Assembly: GCF_006345805.1 (NCBI RefSeq)
Contig: NC_043025.1
Coordinates: forward strand, 14,074,001-14,138,000
Origin: Octopus sinensis
Taxonomy: Eukaryota
Direction: 5' to 3'
DNA: 64,000 nucleotides
Shown here: positions 37,731 to 50,400 of the stretch, one piece after another
Position numbering within the stretch: the first letter of the stretch is position 1
Layout: every line of letters starts with the position of its first letter
Translations under genes and position numbers: made by a program
The notes under the pieces: model-generated
Databases searched by the model: none
The model's input: only the letters and a program-made list of their open reading frames with translations
Told to the model about the DNA's origin: nothing

Positions 37731-38844
37731 CTGACAAAAAATACAAAAAAGAAACAAAAAAAACAAAAACAACAGAATTACAAAGGTTCCACATGAGAGA
37801 TCGTCAAACAATTTGGCTCAAACGTCCCACACCCACCTTCCATGTAAAACCCAACCATGCCCACCCCCAAAATTAATCACTTCTATTTTTCTCCCTTCAG
37901 CCAGATACTGGTTTCAAATTTCGACACAAGGCCAGCAACTTTGTGAGAGGGCAGAAGTTGATTACATCGACCCCCAGTATTACAACTGGTACCTATTTTG
38001 CTCTTTACTCTTCTATTTGTTTCAGCCGTTTGACTGTGGCCATGCTGGAGCACCGCCTTTAGTCGAGCACATCGACCCCCAGGACTTATTCTTTGTAAGC
38101 CCAGTACTTATTCTATCGGTCTCTTCTGCCGATCTGCTAAGTGATGGGGACGTAAACATACCAGCATCGGTTGTCAAGTGATGCTAGAGGAACAAACACA
38201 CACACACAAACATACACACACACACACATATATATACATATATATATATACATATATATATGACGGGCTTCTTTCAGTTTCCGTCTACCAAATCCACTCA
38301 CAAGGCTTTGGTCGGCCCGAGGCTATAGCAGAAGACACTTGCCCAAGGTGCCACACAGTGGGACTGAACCCAGAACCATGTGGTTGGTAAGCAAGCTACT
38401 TACCACACAGCCACTCCTGTGTCATATATATATATATATATATATATATATGACATCATCAATTAGCATCTGTTTTCCATGCTGGCATGGGTTGACAGAA
38501 GTTGGCCAGCCGGCAAGATGCCCAAACTCCAATTGTGTGTTGTGGCATGGTTTCCATGGCTAGGTGCCCTTTCTAACACCAACCACTTTACAGAGAGTGT
38601 ATTGGGTGCTTTTCACATGCCACTGGCATCAGTGTGATTGTGCAGCATCAGCACCCGGAGAGGACACGCCTGAATGCACGGACAACAGCGATTTCATTGA
38701 GCTCGACACATCTCCTCAAGTACAGCAAATCGCCACAACTCTTGGCCCCTCGACATGGGCCCCAATGTACAAAAGAGAAAAAATTCATCTTCAGACAATC
38801 CATAGACCCCGGGACAAGTTGATATCTATGGAATATCTATTTCT

Positions 38845-39070
38845 TTATTACCCACAAGGGGCTAAACATAGAGGGGACAAACAAGGACAGACATAGGTAT
38901 TAAGTCGATTACATCGACCCCAGTGCATAACTGGTACTTTAATTTATCGACCCCGAAAGGATGAAAGGCAAAGTCGACCTCGGCGGAATTTGAACTCAGA
39001 ACGTAATGGCAGACGAAATACCGCTAAGCCTTTCGCCCGGCGTGCTAACGGTTCTGCCAGCTCGCCGCCT
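38845..39070 (-). mobile_element. SINE family D, young copy with 16-bp TSD
   Basis: TATCTATGGAATATCT at 38823-38838 and 39073-39088; close to the 26222 copy. Confidence 0.85.
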
Positions 39071-39279
39071 TTTATCTATGGAATATCTGTGTGGTGATCG
39101 GGCCCTGTTTCTCAATCAGTATTGAACCTGTGACCCCGGGGTTTAAAAGAACCTCAACAACTAAAAAGAAAATAAGACACGGATCAACTTGGTTTCATCA
39201 TCAAAATAAATTCAACTTTATTTTAAAAAAAAGCAAAGGAAACGGTTTCAACCAATTTGTTATAGCGCAAGGGTGGTGT

Positions 39280-39860
39280 GGTGTATGCTGCAGTGTATGT
39301 TGTAGTATACTGCAGTGTAGGTCGTAATATGTTGTAGTGTACGTCGTAGTATGCTGTGGTGTACGTTGTAGTATGTTGTGGTATATGTCATAGTATGTGA
39401 TGTAGGCCATAGTATGATGTGGTGTAGGTTGTAGTATGCTATGGTGTATGTTGTAGTATGCTGCAGTGTAGGTCGTAATATGCTGTGGTGTAGGTTGTAA
39501 TATGTTGTAGTGTACGTCGTAGTATGCTGTGGTCTATGTCATAGTATGTGATGTAGGCCATAGTATGATGTAGTGTAGGTTGTAGTATGCTATAGTGTGC
39601 TGTCCAGTGGTGGTAGTGGTGTTGGTGTGGTACAGCTGCATGGTGCAGTGTGGTGCCTGTTGTAGTATATTGCAGTGTTGACTAATGTGGTGTGTGTTGT
39701 AGTAGGCTGTAGTATGTTGTAGTGTATGCTGCGGTAGGTGCTGCAGTATGTTGTGGCGTTGTCTGATGCGGAGTGTGTTATGGTATGTGTTACAGTATGT
39801 TGTGGTGGTGGAGTCATCTAGTGTGGTGTATGTTGTGGCATGTGTTGTAGTATTGTGGTG
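39280..39860. repeat. Degenerate GTAGTAT/GTGGTGT-type simple repeat
   Basis: Recurring tgtagtatgctg / tgttgtagtgt. Confidence 0.8.
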
Positions 39861-40859
39861 GTGTCCAATATGGTTGTGCTGTTTTCTGTACAGAATTAAA
39901 ACTATTATTATTATTATTCTTACAATTTTGTTATTTACAAAAGTAGCAGAGAAGGAAAAAGATAAGAAAAAACAGGGGGAGAGAGAGAGAGAGAGAGAGA
40001 GATACAGAGGAAAGAGAGAGGGGGAACTGAGAGAAAGAGGAGAGGGGGAACTGAGAGAGAGAGGGGATAGTGATATATATATATATATAGAGAGAGAAAG
40101 ATAAATAGAGGAGGATAGACAGAGAGGAAGAGAGAGTAAGGAAAGAAAGGCCTTAAAAACAGATCATCAAATCCAGACCAATTTTGAAAAATGGCAGGGA
40201 TGGGGGGGGGGGCAAGGGGTGATGATGAAGGGGTGTGTGGTGGGAGGGGAGCGGGAAGGGGTGGGCGTCACAAAAACAGCCCCATGGCCCTTGACTGTAA
40301 GGAAACATATGAAAGGGCTTCTGTGTGTGTGTGTGTGTGTGTGTGTGGTGCAGTGGTGGAGAGTGGAGGTGGTGGATGCGATTGGAGGGGGGGAGTGGTG
40401 AAGAGGGTTAGTAGACACAGAGGTGGTGGCAGCAGTGAGAGGAGAGGAGAGAGAGCGACAGAAGTGGTGGTGATGGTTGAGGCGGTGGTGGCAACGGCGG
40501 TAGTAGTGGAGGTAGTAGCAGTGGGGGTTCATTGGAAATTTTAGGGAGACGAGAACGGTTCAAATGGAATGTTGTTATTTCGTTGGGATCCAACGGCTGG
40601 ACACGGGGCCAAAAGGGGAAAGGCTGGCAGCCCCCCCCCCATGTTGGTCTGGCGCTCCACCCTGCCACCATGGTCCAAATCTCAGCTGGGTCACACATGC
40701 TACAGACTGGACACATAGGGGCCACACTGCTCCCTTATTTCTTCTCTCTGGCAGGACTCTAATGTAGTGTCACCCATGTGGTGTTGTCTGATGCGCTGTG
40801 GTGGGGTTGAGTAAAGGCTACAGGTTGACGAGATGGGCAAACCCTAGGTAAAAACTGCT

Positions 40860-41340
40860 AGAGCAGTGTAAGTGATATAGCAAAGAGAGAGGTGCTGTAC
40901 TGCAGCAGTGGTAAACTAGTGTAACGGCAGTGTTTGAATAGTGCAGTAACAGCGGTAAGGAAGTGTTAGAAGAGTGCTGTGTCAGCAGTACAGCAGTGCT
41001 TTAGCAGTGGCATTGCAGTGTTAGAGGAGCACTATGGCAGTGGAAAAGCAGAAGGAGCAGTGTTTTAGCAGTGGCAGTGTTAGAGGAGTGCTATGCCAGT
41101 GGAAAAGCAGTGGAATTGCAGTGTTAGAAGAGTGCTACATCAGTGTTAGAGGTGTATTTTACGAGTGGCATAGCAGTGCTAGGGGTATGCTATGCTGGTG
41201 ACATGGCAGTGCTTTAACAGTGTTTTATGAGTATCGTAGCAGTGCTTTAATGGTGTTATTGCAGTGTTAGAAAAGTGCTATGCCAGTGGTACGGCAGTGT
41301 TAACGGAGTGTGATCCTAACAGAGCTACATCAGTGTCTGA
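40860..41340. repeat. Degenerate minisatellite (gcagtgttag core)
   Basis: Recurring gcagtg(t/c)t(t)ag. Confidence 0.65.
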
Positions 41341-41699
41341 GGCTTGTCGTGCAAGTGGCGGGTGACATACACCAGAGTGTCGTATCAGTGGTGGTGGGCA
41401 GACCAACTGGACAGGCCAGGTTAAACCCGGTTGGGGGGGTGAGGGGGGGCAGCGGAGGTGATGAGGGAGAGAAAGACCAGGACCATTAGGGCTGGGGGTC
41501 AGGTCAACGACCACCAAAGAAGGGAAACAGGAGGGGACAACTTACTATTAACGAGAAGAATTACTGAGGTGTTATTAAGAGGAGATATATGATAATCCAT
41601 CGAAGGGATTAACTGGTGTTATTTTGGGATTTGTCTGTCTATATTCTCTTCTATGCATCTGTCTACTTATATGGTTTCCAGGGGCTGGATTAGTAGCAA

Positions 41700-42760
41700 A
41701 GCAGAGATAATGATTGTCATTAGTTGAAAAATAAGCTAATTACAACTTAATCCTAGTCATGAGAACTGGTAGGAGATTAGGGATAATCCCTGACAGAGCT
41801 AGCAGCAGATTAAGTTAATGCACGGGTAGAGCTGGATAGGGTTACATTAAGCCATGGTATGGAGTTAATCGGGAGTAGGGACCAAGCTAATTCCTGGCAT
41901 GGAGCTGGCTAGGATTAGAGTTAATCCAGGATATAGAGCGAGCAGGCGACCAAGTTGATCCACAACATGGGTTAAGGTAATCCATAACATGGAGCTAGCA
42001 AGGGATTATGTTGATCTGCAATATGAAGCTGATTATGGATCAAGTTAATCCATTATAGGACAGGAGGATTATGTTAATCCTGATATGGAGCTAGCAGGGA
42101 TTTTAAGTTAAACCACGAGATTGAGTTGATATGAAACTGATTGTGGATCAAGTTAATCCATGACATGGGACTGGCAGGAGGATTAAGTTAATCCACAATA
42201 ATGGAATTGGCAAGAGGATAAAGTTAATCCACATTAATGGAGTTGGCAGGCAATTAAGTTAATCCAAAATATGGAAACAAACAGGGATTAATTCATGACA
42301 TGGAATTTGCAAGGGATTAAGTTAATCCCTGATATGGAATTAAGTTAATGTATGACATGGTACTGGCTGGAGATTACATTAATCCCTGATATGGAGCAAG
42401 CAGGCGATTAAGTTAAACCAGTGTGGAGTTAAAAGGGGATTAATTTGATCCACAGCATGAAACTGGTTGGGGTTATGCTAATCCAAGACATTGAGCTAAT
42501 AGGATTAAGTTAATCCACACTATAGAGTTAGCAATGGATGAAAATGTTGTATGATATGAAGCTGGGGTCAAATTAATTGATGACATGGAAATGGTAGGGG
42601 ATTAAGTTAATCCACAATAATGGGATTAGCAGGGAATTGATTTCATGCCCAATGATGGCATTAGCAAGGGATGAAGTTAATCCACAATAATGGATTTAGG
42701 AGGGAATTAAGTCAATCCCTGATATGGAATTAAAAGAGGATTATGATAATCCATGATGTG
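41700..42760. repeat. Degenerate minisatellite (about 30-35 bp)
   Basis: Recurring ggattaagttaatcca..acatgga. Confidence 0.8.
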
Positions 42761-43179
42761 GAGTTGGCTGGAAGGCAGAAGGAAGCAAATGTCCTGTTGC
42801 CCCTAAATATGAGGACAGGTTACATAACTTTGGCCCTGTCCACTGGATAGAAGGGACCAAGCTATGTAGGGGGTCATATTATGGAGGAACACAGGGAACA
42901 GCGGCCAAGTTGTAAAGAAGAGGGTATTAGGGGTTGTTCCAGTTACCCCCCAAAGAAAGAAAGGTGACTTACCTTAACCCTTACCAACTGGACAGACTAG
43001 GTCAAACCAGGAGGGTGGTGGTGGTGATGGTGGTGGCGAGGAGGAAGATCAGGGCCTTTAGGGGCCGGTAGTCCAACTACTACCAAAGTATGGAGATAAG
43101 GGACAACTTACTTTTATCTGTGCATTCTTGAAGATAAAAATTTAGGGAAAAAACCCTAATACGTATATATAATATTGGG

Positions 43180-43647
43180 GAGAGAGAGAGAGTAGAGAAA
43201 GAGCTTGACATAAACAGGGGCCGAAGGAGAGTTAAGGGGAAATGACAGAAGAGAGAGAGAGAGAGAGTAAAAGAGAGTAAGTCTCTCTTTTTCTCCCTCT
43301 ATATAGGCAGAGAGGGGTGAAGAGAGAGAGAGAGAAACAAATAGTGAGATAGAGAGATAGGGAGATAGAAAGAAATAGATAGATGGACATAAACGAAAAG
43401 ACAGACAGACAGATAGACCGAGAGATAGATAGGTAGGTGGATGGATGGTTAGATAGAGAGAGAGAGAAGGAGAGATAGATAGAGAGAGAGAAGGAGAGAT
43501 AGATAGATAGAGGGAGAGATAGATAGATAGAGAGAGAGAGAGGAGAGATAGATAGGTAGGTAGATAGATGGATGGATGGTTAGATAGAGAGAGAGAGAAG
43601 GAGAGATAGATAGAGAGAGAGAAGGAGAGATAGATAGATAGAGGGAG

Positions 43648-43678
<31 letters not shown>

Positions 43679-44160
43679 GAGAGAGGAGAGATAGATAGGT
43701 AGGTAGATAGATGGATGGATGGTTAGATAGAGAGAGAGAGAAGGAGAGATAGATAGAGAGAGAGAAGGAGAGATAGATAGATAGAGGGAGAGATAGATAG
43801 ATAGGTAGATGGATGGATAGATAGATAGATAGAGAGAGAAGGATAGATAGATAGATAGAGGGAGAGATAGATAGATAGGTAGATGGATGGATAGATAGAT
43901 AGATAGAGAGAGAGAGAAGGATAGATAGATAGAGAAGGAGAGATAGATAGATAAAGAGAGAGAGAGAAGGAGAGATAGACAGATAGATAGAGAGAGAGGA
44001 GAGATAGATAGATAGATAGAGAGAGAGAGGAGAGATAGATAGATAGAGAGAGAGGAGAGATAGATAGATAAAGAGAGAGAGAGAAGGAGAGATAGACAGA
44101 CAAACAGATAGAGACACAGACAGATAAATAAACAGAGAGATAGATAGATGAAGACAGATC
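43180..44160. repeat. (GA)n/(GATA)n compound microsatellite
   Basis: Direct inspection. Confidence 0.95.
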
Positions 44161-44408
44161 AATAATAGACTTCAAGAGTAAAAATGTCTCAAATAGGTTT
44201 TTTTTGTTGTTAAACCAGAAAAAAAAGAAGAAAAATCCGTCTGATTCAGGCTCAGGAAACTGTTTGTGGTTTTTTGTTTTTTGTTTTTCTCTTCTTTTTA
44301 TTAAAATCATTTCACAAAGCAGCAAATAACAGTGGCGGCAGCAACAACTGCAGCAGTAAAGGTAGCAGCAGCAGCAGCGGCAGCAGCCGAAAGTCAATAC
44401 ATATATAT

Positions 44409-44446
<38 letters not shown>

Positions 44447-44450
<4 letters not shown>

Positions 44451-45755
44451 ATATATTTAGAGAAAGGGAGAAAGCGGCCATCGTTAACTTGTAGGTTCTC
44501 TATGACGATGTTATGGTGGTGGTGGTCATGGGTGGTGATGGTCGTGGTAGGTGACAGTGGTGGCGATAATGGTGGTGGTGGAGGTGGTGGTAGTAGTGTC
44601 GGCAAGTAACGATGGCCATGGGCTAAGAAAGGGGGGGGGACAAGGAGATCATCGTCGTCGTCATCGTCATCATCATCATCATCATCATTGTCGTCGTCAT
44701 TGTTATCGTCGTCCGCGGAAGTGAAGTCAACAAAACGCCAACTGCCCGACCGACCGACCGACCGACCGACCGACCGACCGTCCGCGACCACGCGTCGTCG
44801 GTCATCGGCGTTGGCGGGTGCAAGTTAGTCGTAGTGGCGGTGGTGGTGCTGCAGCTATGGGGCTGGTGGTGGTGGTGCACAGATGTGGTGTGCAACTGGG
44901 TTTTTTTCAAAAAAAAAAAAATTTTTTTTTTCTCGCAACAAAAAGTAAATAGGGGGTGAGGTGTCCTGACCATCACCCCTGCAGAGGGCCCTCAAAGCAC
45001 AGCAACGATATTAGCACAGGAATATATGGCAACAATGTGCAGGCACTGATGTATATATACATATATACACATATATATATATAATATGCATCTATATATA
45101 TATATATATTATATATATATATATATATGTGTATATATTTAGAGAAAGGGAGATAGCGGCCATCGTTAACTTGTAGGTTCTCTATGACGATGTTATGGTG
45201 GTGGTGGTCATGGGTGGTGATGGTCGTGGTAGGTGACAGTGGTGGCGATAATGGTGGTGGTGGAGGTGGTGGTAGTAGTGTCGGCAAGTAACGATGGCCA
45301 TGGGCTAAGAAAGGGGGGGGGGACAAGGAGATCATCGTCGTCGTCATCGTCATCATCATCATCATCATCATTGTCGTCGTCATTGTTATCGTCGTCCGCG
45401 GCAGTGAAGTCAACAAAACGCCAACTGCCCGACCGACCGACCGTCCGCGACCACGCGTCGTCGGTCATCGGCGTTGGCGGGTGCAAGTTAGTCGTAGTGG
45501 CGGTGGTGGTGCTGCAGCTATGGGGCTGGTGGTGGTGGTGCACAGATGTGGTGTGCAACTGGGTTTTTTTCAAAAAAAAAAAAAAAATTTTTTTTTCTCG
45601 CAACAAAAAGTAAATAGGGGGTGAGGTGTCCTGACCATCACCCCTGCAGAGGGCCCTCAAAGCACAGCAACGATATTAGCACAGGAATATATGGCAACAA
45701 TGTGCAGGCACTGATGTATATATACATATATACACATATATATATATAATATGCA

Positions 45756-45790
<35 letters not shown>
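44447..45790. repeat. 682-bp tandem duplication
   Basis: gtgtatatatttagagaaaggg starts at 44447 and 45129; the copies differ mainly in microsatellite lengths. Confidence 0.92.
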
Positions 45791-45791
<1 letters not shown>

Positions 45792-47270
45792 CACACATAC
45801 AGTGTGAAAGGTCGGCAGGTAGAGAGGGTGGGTGTGTGTCCAACCTGTATAACCACACCCACCTGTGGGCATGGCAAAGGGCGCAGCAACGAGTCTAGGG
45901 ATTGGTTCATTGGTTGCAGTAGTAGTAGTAGGAGGAGGAAGAGGAGGAGCATTGATATTGGAGCTGGAGGCAATATTATTATCATATCATTACGTCTGTG
46001 AATTGCAGAGAGGGAGGGAGGGAGGGAGGCAGAAAAGAGAGAGAGAGGGGGGGGGGAAGTGGCTGTTGTAGTAAACAATGCACAAACTGGGAGGAGGAGG
46101 AGCAAGAATTCAAAATATATATAAAACGCCTCCGCATGACGAAAAGTGAAGTGGGAGGAGTTAAGTGTGTTCTTTGGAGGAGGAGGTGGCGACTGTGTTG
46201 GAGGAGGAGGAATGAACGAACGAAAAAAAAATAATTTAACAAGATCAGAGCTGATACAGCCAACAGAGTTAATTAAGTTTTGTGTTTTTATATCGGAGTT
46301 AACGAAGCTGTGATGCAGCAACATTTTAAAGACTGTTGGATGGGTGGGGACTTGGAGGAGGAGCCGATGTGGCAATAGGATTGGGAGGGGCAGAGAGACG
46401 GGGGGGGGGTGAGAAATGAAGGGGAAGGATTGGGCGGGGACAAGGAATGATGAGGAGAATGACAACTAGGGGTGGGGCAGGGTAGGAAGAGGGAGATAAA
46501 AGGAGGAGCTAAAAATGGCAACAAGGGTGGGAAGGGCATGGAGGAGGTGTTGGACGAGAACTCTAAGGGAAGAAAGAGGTGTAAGGAAGAGAGGGCCCTG
46601 CGTGTGGGGGAGGGTGGGAAGGAGGGAGAGACAGGACAGAGAGGGTGTGAGAATCAAAGGGGAGAAAGGAAGCCATTTAAAGAAGGGGGCGTGGCATGGG
46701 ATGTCAGGAATGAAGAGAGAAGCATTATGATAGGGGGAGAGGAAAGAGTAGAAGAGTAAAAAAATAAAAAAGTGGGAGGGGAAAAAGGGATGGAGGGGGT
46801 AGTGGTGAGGATTAAAGGAAAGAAGTGGGGGGGAAAGACATAGGAATGAACTGGTGAAGGGGTGGAGTTGGTAAGGAGAGGAGGATGAGAAGCTAAAGAA
46901 GCAACAGAATAGGGGGCTGGGAAGAAGGGGGCTGGGATCTAACAGGAAAAAGGGGGCAGGACAGGGGAGAGGGGAAGATATATATATGTATATCTTCCCC
47001 CTTATATAAAGTGTGGGAGGGAAGTGTCATCTCATTCTCGTCTATTTTACAGGGATTTCGAAACCCTTGGTGGGTGGGGTGGGGAGACATTCGGCAATAT
47101 GCAGAGGGGGGGAGGGGGAGATGGAGGATGGGAGGTGCAGGAGTGGAACAAGGCAGGGGGCGGGGTTGTGTGTGTGTGTGGGGGGGAAAGAGGAAACAGG
47201 GACGGAATGGAGGATGGGGTGCGGATGGGGGGTCAGGGAGGAATGAAGGGAAATAATTTTTTTTGACGGC

Positions 47271-47317
47271 TCAAAACGTTTCGTCCACATCACAGTCGGA
47301 GGTCTGGTGTCCAAAAA
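47271..47317 (-). CDS. CLIP1: CLIP1 canonical last coding exon
   Basis: GCTTTGCAG|TT; [15 protein letters not shown]. It completes knuckle 2 (C-x2-C-x4-H-x4-C). Not in the ORF track. Confidence 0.93.
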
Positions 47318-47385
47318 CTGCAAAGCAAACAAACAAAAGCGGTTAGATGTGTGTAGCAAAGACAAGATGAAGCAGAGGCAAGTGC

Positions 47386-47418
<33 letters not shown>

Positions 47419-50400
47419 GTAGTAATAGTAATAGTAATAATAGTAATAAAGATGACAGTCTAGTCTAGTGAGGTGGTCTGCCCTCTGGCATGTCCTGTAA
47501 ACCTTCTTCAAAATGTTCCATGCTACCTGGAGGGGTTCGGACCCTCTCCTGTTGCTGTTAAGTAGATTGGGACTTTGGCTACCAGGACTGACAAGATGAA
47601 ACAGACACATATCTTTATATATAAAAGTAAGGTTGTGTTTCTGTCTCCTACGATTTAGATTCCTAACTACTCCCACATTTTGCGGTGCAGTTTAACCAAA
47701 ACCGGGTATCTTATAGTCGTGATTCATATCGAGCCCTTCTGGGTATTAGTGCGCGTCTACGATTAAAAAAAAAAATTACCATCAATTTTTCCCATTTTTA
47801 ATGCATTTTTGGCATATATAAGGGAAGTAACTCTCTAAAAATTTATTATTAAATCTCAGAACGTAAAAAGCTACAGTAACACCCCCCTTTGTGGTTAGCC
47901 ATATTGAGATGGCTATTATACTTTACATCTCTAAAAATGCTTATATAGTTATGTCCCTTACAAACCCGAGCATTAGTGCTAAATAATAATAATAATAATA
48001 ATAGGAGGAGGAGACCCCCTTCGGTCATGAATGGCCATAGGATTGCACCTAGAAAGTTACCCTCCGAGGCACCCTCTCTATGCCACCAATGTTATCCAAG
48101 GGAAAGGGCAAAGGGGCCGATACAGCTTGGCACCAGTGATGTCGCAATTCATTTCTACAGATGAGTGGACTGGAGCAACGTGAAATAAAGTGTCTTGCTC
48201 AAGAACACAACACTCAGCCCAGTCCAGGAATTGAACTCATTACCTCATGATGTGCCTTCAATAATAATAATAATAATAATAAGATGGGCTACAGCAAATA
48301 TTCTGCTCAATACCACAGATTTGCTTGTCAGTTGTTTGACCATAACCAGTTGAGCATGTCCCTTAGTGGCTGACGATATGTGCATCTCTGATCATGAGCA
48401 GAAGTAGTGGGGGAGCATCATAGCCATGTGTTGAGAGGAGTTCTTGGGGGTTTGGATAATTCACCTCTGGAAACATGGGTGGTTTTTTCAACATCCCTAA
48501 ACAAACCTTATTCAGGGCTCTTTTGAGCAGGATGGGCTACTCAACCTGAAGAAAATTCTAACTGGGCCCCACCTGCAAGGTCATGTGCTGTTTATCTTGA
48601 TATGGGATCACCATGTCGCGCACATATGGTTGTGATACATGTGCCTGGTGTACCCTTATCAGACGGGTAGTCATGATGGGTATACTGGGCTTCATTTTAC
48701 CCCAGTGTCACTTTGATGGTATGAACTGCTCTCTCACTCAATAATAATAATCCCTTCTATTATAGGCACAAGGCCTGATATTTCAGGGTTGGAGATAAGT
48801 TAATTACATCGACCCCAGTACTCAACTGGGACTCATTTTATCAACCCCGATGAAAAGCAAAGTTGACCTTGGCAGATTTCGAACTCAGAACGTCAAGCAA
48901 TTTGGCTGAGGGGCTAACCATCCTACCAGCTCACTGTCTTAAATAATAATAAATAAGAATAGGGGTTTCAAATTTTGCCACAAGGCCAGCAATTTCGGGG
49001 CAAAAGGGTAAGGCGTAGGAGTGGCTGTGTGGTAAGTAGCTTGCTTACCAACCACATGGTTCTGGGTTCAGTCCCACTGTATGGCACCTTGGGCAAGTGT
49101 CTTCTGCTATAGCCCCGGGCCGACCAATGCCTTGTGAGTGGATTTGGTAGACGGAAACTGAAAGAAGCCCGTCGTATATATGTATATATGTGTGTGTGTG
49201 TGTGTATGTTTGTGTGTCTGTGTTTGTCCCCCTAGCATTGCTTGACAACCGTCCCCGTTACTTAGCGGTTCGGCAAAAAAGACCGATAGAATAAGTACTG
49301 GGCTTACAAAAGAATAAGTCCCGGGGTCGAGTTGCTCGATTAAAGGCGGTGCTCCAGCATGGCCACAGTCAAATGACTGAAACAAGTAAAAGAGAGTTGA
49401 TTACATTGACCCCCCCATGCTCCTATATATTAAATTCAGCCTAGGAACAGACCCCTAACCTAACCCACGGGGGTCTATCCCGACCCAAATCTGCCACACC
49501 CTGACCAATACCTGGGAAGACGTAACTCAAACAGTTGCCTCGCCTCCTGGCCAAACAGAAAGGCCCGGTGTTCTGTCACCATGCAACCCCTCCTCCCTTA
49601 GCCCTTAACTCCATGCCCCCTAAAACATCAAGCAATCATCACTATAAACATGATTATAAAAGAGCAGAAGGTCAGATGTGATAAAAAAAAAAAAGGTTGA
49701 AGGTCAACAAGACCGAAAGGTCAAAGGTTGTTTAGAGAATGACCTTGGGCAGACAACATTGCTGGTGGTGACAGTGGTAGAGGTAGTAGTAGTTGCCGTG
49801 GTGACGATGGCTGTAGTGGTGTAGGTGGTAGTGACACGGTTGGTGGCATTGTGGTGGTGGTGGTGGTTGTGCTGTTGGTGGTTGTAGTGAGAGTAGTGGT
49901 TGTGGTGGTGGTGGTGGTTAAGAGATGCCCCACCCTCACTGAAATGTGGACAGCACACTCAGAAGAAAGACTAACATATACGTACAGACATGCAGAGAGA
50001 GATGCACACACACACACATACGCTCATGCACACAGGCAGACACATACACACACAACACAGGTAGACATGTACACAAAAGGTACACATGTAATTATATACA
50101 CACACACATACACACACAACACAGGTAGACATGTACACAAAAGGTACACATGTAAATATTTACACACACACAAACACAAGAAATGTACACCAACATACAT
50201 GTACACAGACACACACACACACACAATAAAGGAGACACGTACACACACATTGAAACAAGTATATATCTACGCATGTACATATGTAACCACATACGCACAT
50301 GTACAAAGACAGACACACACACACAATCAAAGAAACATGAACACAACCACACAGGTACATATATAACCACACATGTTCACACACACACAAACACACACCC

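Noticed and set aside
40408-40725. Minus-strand ORF with CPVCSMC as a further CLIP1 exon
   Set aside because: The acceptor lacks a pyrimidine tract, the frame depends on a G homopolymer, and the rest is microsatellite-derived
43449-44481. Long ORFs rich in LSIYLS
   Set aside because: Translation of a (GA)/(GATA) microsatellite
45638-46465. 275-aa minus-strand ORF
   Set aside because: Low-complexity C/T-rich sequence downstream of the CLIP1 stop, consistent with 3'UTR; no domain signal
49453-49468. TAACCC telomere-like repeat
   Set aside because: Only about two copies; expected by chance
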